IMG/VR virus record: IMGVR_UViG_2711768032_000007
Strand: one strand, 5' to 3'
Length of the DNA stretch: 11,229 bases
Source: a virus
Taxonomy: Duplodnaviria > Heunggongvirae > Uroviricota > Caudoviricetes
A model generated the notes under the pieces. That model did no database searches and was not told the origin of the DNA. It was given only the letters and a program-made list of their open reading frames with translations. Of this stretch, positions 8,331 through 11,229 are shown one piece after another. The position numbers and the translations under genes were made by a program. How positions within the stretch are numbered: position 1 is the first letter of the stretch; every line of letters starts with the position of its first letter.

Positions 8331-8361
8331 GATAAAGAAAAGGCGGGCAATCTGCCCGCCT
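8331..8361 (-). terminator. Intrinsic terminator (minus strand) separating the accessory island from the FI operon
   Basis: Perfect 9-bp stem AGGCGGGCA / TGCCCGCCT with a 3-nt loop (8341-8361). On the minus strand it is followed by TTTCTTTATC. Confidence 0.5.
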
Positions 8362-8592
8362 GTCCTGATTTGTACACACTCATTTTCCGACTGACAATTT
8401 ACATAGCCAAAATGCTATCAAATCTGACAGCCTGTTTTGAGCGAAGAGGAACCTGAGATTGTGGTATGCTAATTTATGGGGAGCAGGTCAATTGTATTAG
8501 TTATCTTTTTGCCTTTCTTTATCCCATTTCTTTACAGTGGTCTGATACCACTCTTCACGTGTTCGTTATTCCTCTGCTCTGTCACTTGAATT

Positions 8593-9189
8593 TTAGTTGT
8601 CTGTTTTAATTTTTTTGCTTCCCTGGGAAATCGGCCTCCAGTCTTCTCTAATATTTTTCATCTGCTCAGCTATCTGTGTCATTGGACTCCTTGCACCTAA
8701 GTAGCTAACCCCCTCGAAAGAAGCCATATCATAAGAATACTCATTCCGCTCTCTTTCAGTTGAGCCCGGCTGTTTAGACCAGCTAATACTAACAGAATAA
8801 ACTTGATCTTTAATCTGGTCATACTTACAAAGACTGCTGTTGAGGGAATGGCCGTTTTTCAATACGCTAACCTTGCTAAATGGTATACCTTTATTTTTTC
8901 TATGTTCTGCATTAACCAGTGGGGGATTAAATCCGACTTCAATATCATAGGCTGGGGCATTTCCGGTATTAGCAATATTGATATCAAAATAAAAAGCAGC
9001 CCAAGAATTTGGTTCAAGAGTCACAACGACATGAGGTTGAACTGATGCGTCAACCATCCTTTTTGTCTCGTCTGCTAATAGCCTTGTTACTCTCCACAAG
9101 AAAAATGTAGCAACTGCTGTTAGCAATGCTGCCAAAGCGGAGATAAGTGTACTTACTGTGTTTATATGCTCTGCGATAAATTCGATCAT
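8593..9189 (-). CDS. Hypothetical membrane-anchored protein (198 aa; one N-terminal transmembrane helix plus ~160-aa soluble domain), accessory cargo
   Basis: ORF with an AAGGA ribosome-binding site about 7 nt upstream of the ATG. Residues ~11-32 (TVSTLISALAALLTAVATFFLW) form a hydrophobic helix. AT-rich codon usage unlike the flanking tail genes. No family recognised. Confidence 0.6.
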   Translation of the reverse strand: MIEFIAEHINTVSTLISALAALLTAVATFFLWRVTRLLADETKRMVDASVQPHVVVTLEPNSWAAFYFDINIANTGNAPAYDIEVGFNPPLVNAEHRKNKGIPFSKVSVLKNGHSLNSSLCKYDQIKDQVYSVSISWSKQPGSTERERNEYSYDMASFEGVSYLGARSPMTQIAEQMKNIREDWRPISQGSKKIKTDN

Positions 9190-9609
9190 GAGTTGTCCTT
9201 GGGGGCGTACTAATTGTTTTCAATACTAAAATAGCGCCGGGCTTGAAAAATTGCACACTTATGGTTCGATTTACCTCAACAGTTAAGGCTTCAACTTCCC
9301 CCATGCACCTCACCCAGCCCAAGACTGTATGAGGTCTGACAAAGAACTTCCTGACACTTGAAAACGAGGCAACGGCTAGGGTTTCTCGTAGGGCAAGGAT
9401 TGAATACGAAGCCTGTATATTGCTCCGCGAACGCTGCTGAGGGCAGTTTAAATGTTGGGCGTTTATGTAGCCTTTCACTCACCAGCATGAGTTCAATGTC
9501 TGTGAGTTACCGACAACAATATAAAGGGGGTGGCATCATCATATATCCAAGCTAGAGTCAAATCCTCTAACTGGTTTTATGATCAGTGTCAATTGTTTGA
9601 TTATTGAAC

Positions 9610-9638
9610 GTTTACGAAGCAGCACGGGAGCCATATAA
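9610..9638 (+). promoter_or_regulatory. Candidate sigma70 promoter for the DUF3606-like gene (TTTACG-N17-TATAAC)
   Basis: -35-like TTTACG at 9610-9615 and -10-like TATAAC at 9633-9638 with 17-bp spacing. The predicted start lies downstream of the 9642 ATG, which favours the 9681 start codon. Confidence 0.3.
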
Positions 9639-9680
9639 CTAATGGGCAGGTATAAGCCTGTATCACGAGGAATCAGTAAA

Positions 9681-9860
9681 ATGGCTGATGATAAGACCAA
9701 AATCGGTACCCCTGACAATGATTTAATAAGTATCAAACAGGATTACGAGAGACGTGATTGGGCTGAAAAGTTTGGAGTTAGCGAGACCAAACTTGTTCAA
9801 GCCGTACAGGCTGTAGGTCATTCGGCTAAGAAAGTACAGGCATGGCTTAAAGACCATTAA
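9681..9860 (+). CDS. DUF3606-like small protein (59 aa from ATG 9681; alternative 72-aa form from ATG 9642)
   Basis: MADDKTKIGTPDNDLISIKQDYERRDWAEKFGVSETKLVQAVQAVGHSAKKVQAWLKDH fits the DUF3606 pattern as I recall it (N-terminal MADDK..., central EKFGVS, C-terminal AV..VG). AGGA ribosome-binding site at 9668-9671. Confidence 0.65.
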   Translation: MADDKTKIGTPDNDLISIKQDYERRDWAEKFGVSETKLVQAVQAVGHSAKKVQAWLKDH

Positions 9861-9866
9861 TATATG

Positions 9867-9890
9867 AGCGCCTTTCTAGGCGCTTTTTTC
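9867..9890 (+). terminator. Intrinsic terminator after the DUF3606-like gene
   Basis: 7-bp stem AGCGCCT / AGGCGCT with loop TTCT, followed by TTTTTT (9885-9890). Confidence 0.5.
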
Positions 9891-9912
9891 TTTGTCCTTT
9901 GGGGGATGATTT

Positions 9913-10191
9913 ATGGCTAATAATTTATTTATTACTTACGACCTCATTAAAACGAAAGATTATGCGGCTGTGTATGATGCAATTAAATCTTTAGGAAATT
10001 GGGCTTTAACAACTGAATCGAACTGGTATGTTAACTGTAGTTACTCTGCCGAGGATGCAGCCAAAATTGTGAGGGCGGTCATGGATAGTGATGATAAGCT
10101 TATTGTTGTAGACGCAACCAATAACTCAGCTTATTGGTACAATCTCTCAGATGAAGTTAGTAACCAAATTCTGACTGAGTGGAACAAGTAA
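9913..10191 (+). CDS. Hypothetical small protein (92 aa), accessory cargo
   Basis: Strong GGGGGA Shine-Dalgarno motif 6 nt upstream of the ATG. Alternating hydrophobic and polar segments suggest a compact alpha/beta domain. No family recognised. Confidence 0.55.
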   Translation: MANNLFITYDLIKTKDYAAVYDAIKSLGNWALTTESNWYVNCSYSAEDAAKIVRAVMDSDDKLIVVDATNNSAYWYNLSDEVSNQILTEWNK

Positions 10192-10220
10192 TTAAAGGGG
10201 GTGGGTAGCCCCCTTTAATT
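10190..10220. terminator. Long perfect hairpin (12-bp stem) downstream of the 92-aa ORF, probable terminator
   Basis: AATTAAAGGGGG tgggtag CCCCCTTTAATT. The 3' half of the stem carries the U-rich tract. It lies between the convergent 92-aa ORF (plus) and tfa (minus). Confidence 0.5.
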
Positions 10221-10411
10221 CAGAAACTATCATGATTGAAACATTAAATATACTGGGTTAATTCTTTCATCCTTGCTCCCTTGCTATATGTCCTGAAAGC
10301 GTCCTTTTTAGCCTTCTGCTCAGTATGTCCGGTAATGGCACAGAGCGGACTGCCAGATTAGGCTTTACTCTGTGCCATAGATATGTAATCTCACACCAGA
10401 GCTTATACAAC

Positions 10412-10960
10412 TTATTGCGGCATTTCCGGCCATTCAGGATTTGCAGGATCCACACGACTGACCAAAACGCTGTAGCGTTCCCAAGCCTCCAGCCGTGTGC
10501 GCTCCTCCTCTGTTGCCATGTTCAGCCTGACAGCGCGCTCCAGCGGCAAAATCACGGATTCAGCATCTGCAAGAAGTCTGGCTTTCCGATTTTCTGCCTG
10601 CTGCTGCAATTCCTCTGCCGTATAAATGCGTTTAATCACTTTGCCGTCCTTAAACATCCAGTTCCCTGAAATGTCCGCCCGTCGGTTAGCAGTAATATCC
10701 GCCACTTCAACCACACTTAATCCATCCGGTCTGATAGCTGTCACATCCTTTTCCACATAGCGGATGATATTATCTTTGTCGTACGCTATTTTTATCGTGT
10801 CATCAGCAAAATACTTTTGTTCTTCGTACCAGTTCTTACCATCTTCTGTAAAAAACCAGACGACATCAAAGTTCTTTGTCAATTGATATTGTTCAACCGT
10901 TTTTGGATTACCTGCCGTTATATTTATCAAATGCTGCGTATTTTCATGAAAGGAGATCAC
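10412..10960 (-). CDS. G: Tail fibre assembly protein (P2 gpG / Tfa family); 5' end atypical and possibly disrupted
   Basis: C-terminal half (...[28 protein letters not shown]...[42 protein letters not shown]) is typical of Tfa chaperones, and AGNPKT is present near the N-terminus. The ORF has no in-frame ATG near the expected start: ACG sits where the family start Met is expected. The called start is a GTG at 10958-10960 that lies inside an IS-like repeat. Confidence 0.75.
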   Translation of the reverse strand: MISFHENTQHLINITAGNPKTVEQYQLTKNFDVVWFFTEDGKNWYEEQKYFADDTIKIAYDKDNIIRYVEKDVTAIRPDGLSVVEVADITANRRADISGNWMFKDGKVIKRIYTAEELQQQAENRKARLLADAESVILPLERAVRLNMATEEERTRLEAWERYSVLVSRVDPANPEWPEMPQ

Positions 10961-11072
10961 TCAATAACTTCCATCGAGATCGGGTAATAACATTTGAACA
11001 GATCGCTGAATAACATCGATGGAGATCACTTTTGACTCATTTTGTTATTCAGTGATCTCCATCAATGTTATT
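10952..11072. repeat. Cluster of direct and inverted repeats (GGAGATCACT / AATAAC motifs) resembling the multi-repeat terminus of an IS21-family element
   Basis: GGAGATCACTCAATAAC at 10952-10968. AATAACATCGATGGAGATCACT at 11009-11030 and its near-perfect inverse AGTGATCTCCATCAATGTTATT at 11051-11072 (21/22). Six GATC sites between 10955 and 11095. Confidence 0.5.
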
Positions 11073-11127
11073 GGAACTTCACAGGTGTGTTGATCTGTAT
11101 CTTTTGCCATTCCGGTAAAGGATACCT

Positions 11128-11229
11128 ATGCCAACAGTTCCAATTTCTATGAGAAAACTTAAAGAAATTCTTAGGCTTAAATACGGTGTTGGACTCAGCC
11201 ATCGACAAATTGGTCGTAGTCTTGCAATC
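11128..11229 (+). CDS. istA: IS21-family transposase IstA, N-terminal fragment (truncated by window end)
   Basis: MPTVPISMRKLKEILRLKYGVGLSHRQIGRSLAI resembles the conserved N-terminal helix-turn-helix of IS21-family IstA proteins (MRK-I/L-K/R-E-I/V-LRL...GLS.R.IA pattern) as I recall it. AAGGA ribosome-binding site 6 nt upstream. Only 34 codons are in the window. Confidence 0.5.
   Translation, partial: MPTVPISMRKLKEILRLKYGVGLSHRQIGRSLAI

Larger units (their letters stand above)
1507..10946 (-). mobile_element. P2-like (Peduovirus-type) prophage segment: ogr, tail module D-U-T-E/E'-FII-FI, accessory island, G/tfa. One end at the att core; the other end interrupted near 10946
   Basis: Contiguous minus-strand ORFs with P2 gene order and P2 protein lengths (Ogr 72, D 387, U 159, T 815, E 91, FII 172, FI 396 aa). 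att core at 1507-1533. The far boundary is set where IS-like repeats begin and is approximate. Confidence 0.85.
10947..11229 (+). mobile_element. Probable left end of an IS21-family insertion sequence (terminal repeats plus istA start); continues beyond the window
   Basis: Repeat cluster followed at 11128 by an ORF whose N-terminus resembles IstA helix-turn-helix regions. The left boundary is approximate. Confidence 0.4.

Noticed and set aside
8466-8609. 47-aa hydrophobic plus-strand ORF (MLIYGEQVNCISYLFAFLYPISLQW...)
   Set aside because: No convincing ribosome-binding site at proper spacing. Overlaps the 3' end of the 198-aa cargo gene on the opposite strand. Likely a chance ORF in AT-rich DNA, though a small membrane peptide cannot be fully excluded.
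9190-9641. Retron msr/msd ncRNA in the GC-richer intergenic region
   Set aside because: No reverse transcriptase ORF is present anywhere in the island, and no a1/a2 inverted repeats were identified by eye.
9050-9736. Short ORFs in the cargo intergenic region (9050-9478 minus 142 aa, 9291-9488 minus, 9358-9555 plus, 9539-9736 minus)
   Set aside because: The 142-aa frame overlaps the start of the 198-aa gene. All lack ribosome-binding sites and recognisable domains. The region is treated as non-coding.
10267-10669. ORFs overlapping tfa (10267-10455 minus, alternative frame; 10325-10669 plus)
   Set aside because: They overlap the well-supported Tfa-family CDS and have no recognisable features.
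10952-11072. CRISPR array
   Set aside because: Repeats are few, of mixed orientation and irregularly spaced with no spacer periodicity. The pattern fits an IS terminus, not a CRISPR array.

Overview
Enterobacterial (E. coli-like) chromosome segment carrying the host gene trhP/yegQ and the sRNA gene cyaR, followed by one end of a P2-like prophage integrated into the 3' end of cyaR. All calls rest on reading the sequence and on recalled protein families; no searches were run. The prophage part, all on the minus strand, is the conserved P2 tail module: ogr, D, U, T (tape measure), E and E+E' (with the T_TTT_TTG -1 frameshift site), FII (tube), FI (sheath) and a G/Tfa-like tail fibre assembly gene. 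Between FI and G, in the slot that holds Z/fun in phage P2, sits a ~2.2 kb accessory island with three uncharacterised genes: a 198-aa membrane-anchored protein, a DUF3606-like small protein and a 92-aa protein. They flank a 450-bp non-coding stretch that is visibly more GC-rich than the AT-rich genes around it. This island is the best candidate for an undescribed phage-borne system, possibly anti-phage defence or superinfection exclusion. Beyond G the tail fibre gene expected from P2 gene order is absent; instead there is a GATC-rich multi-repeat region and the start of a probable IS21-family istA, so the prophage looks interrupted there. No tRNA, rRNA or CRISPR array was seen.
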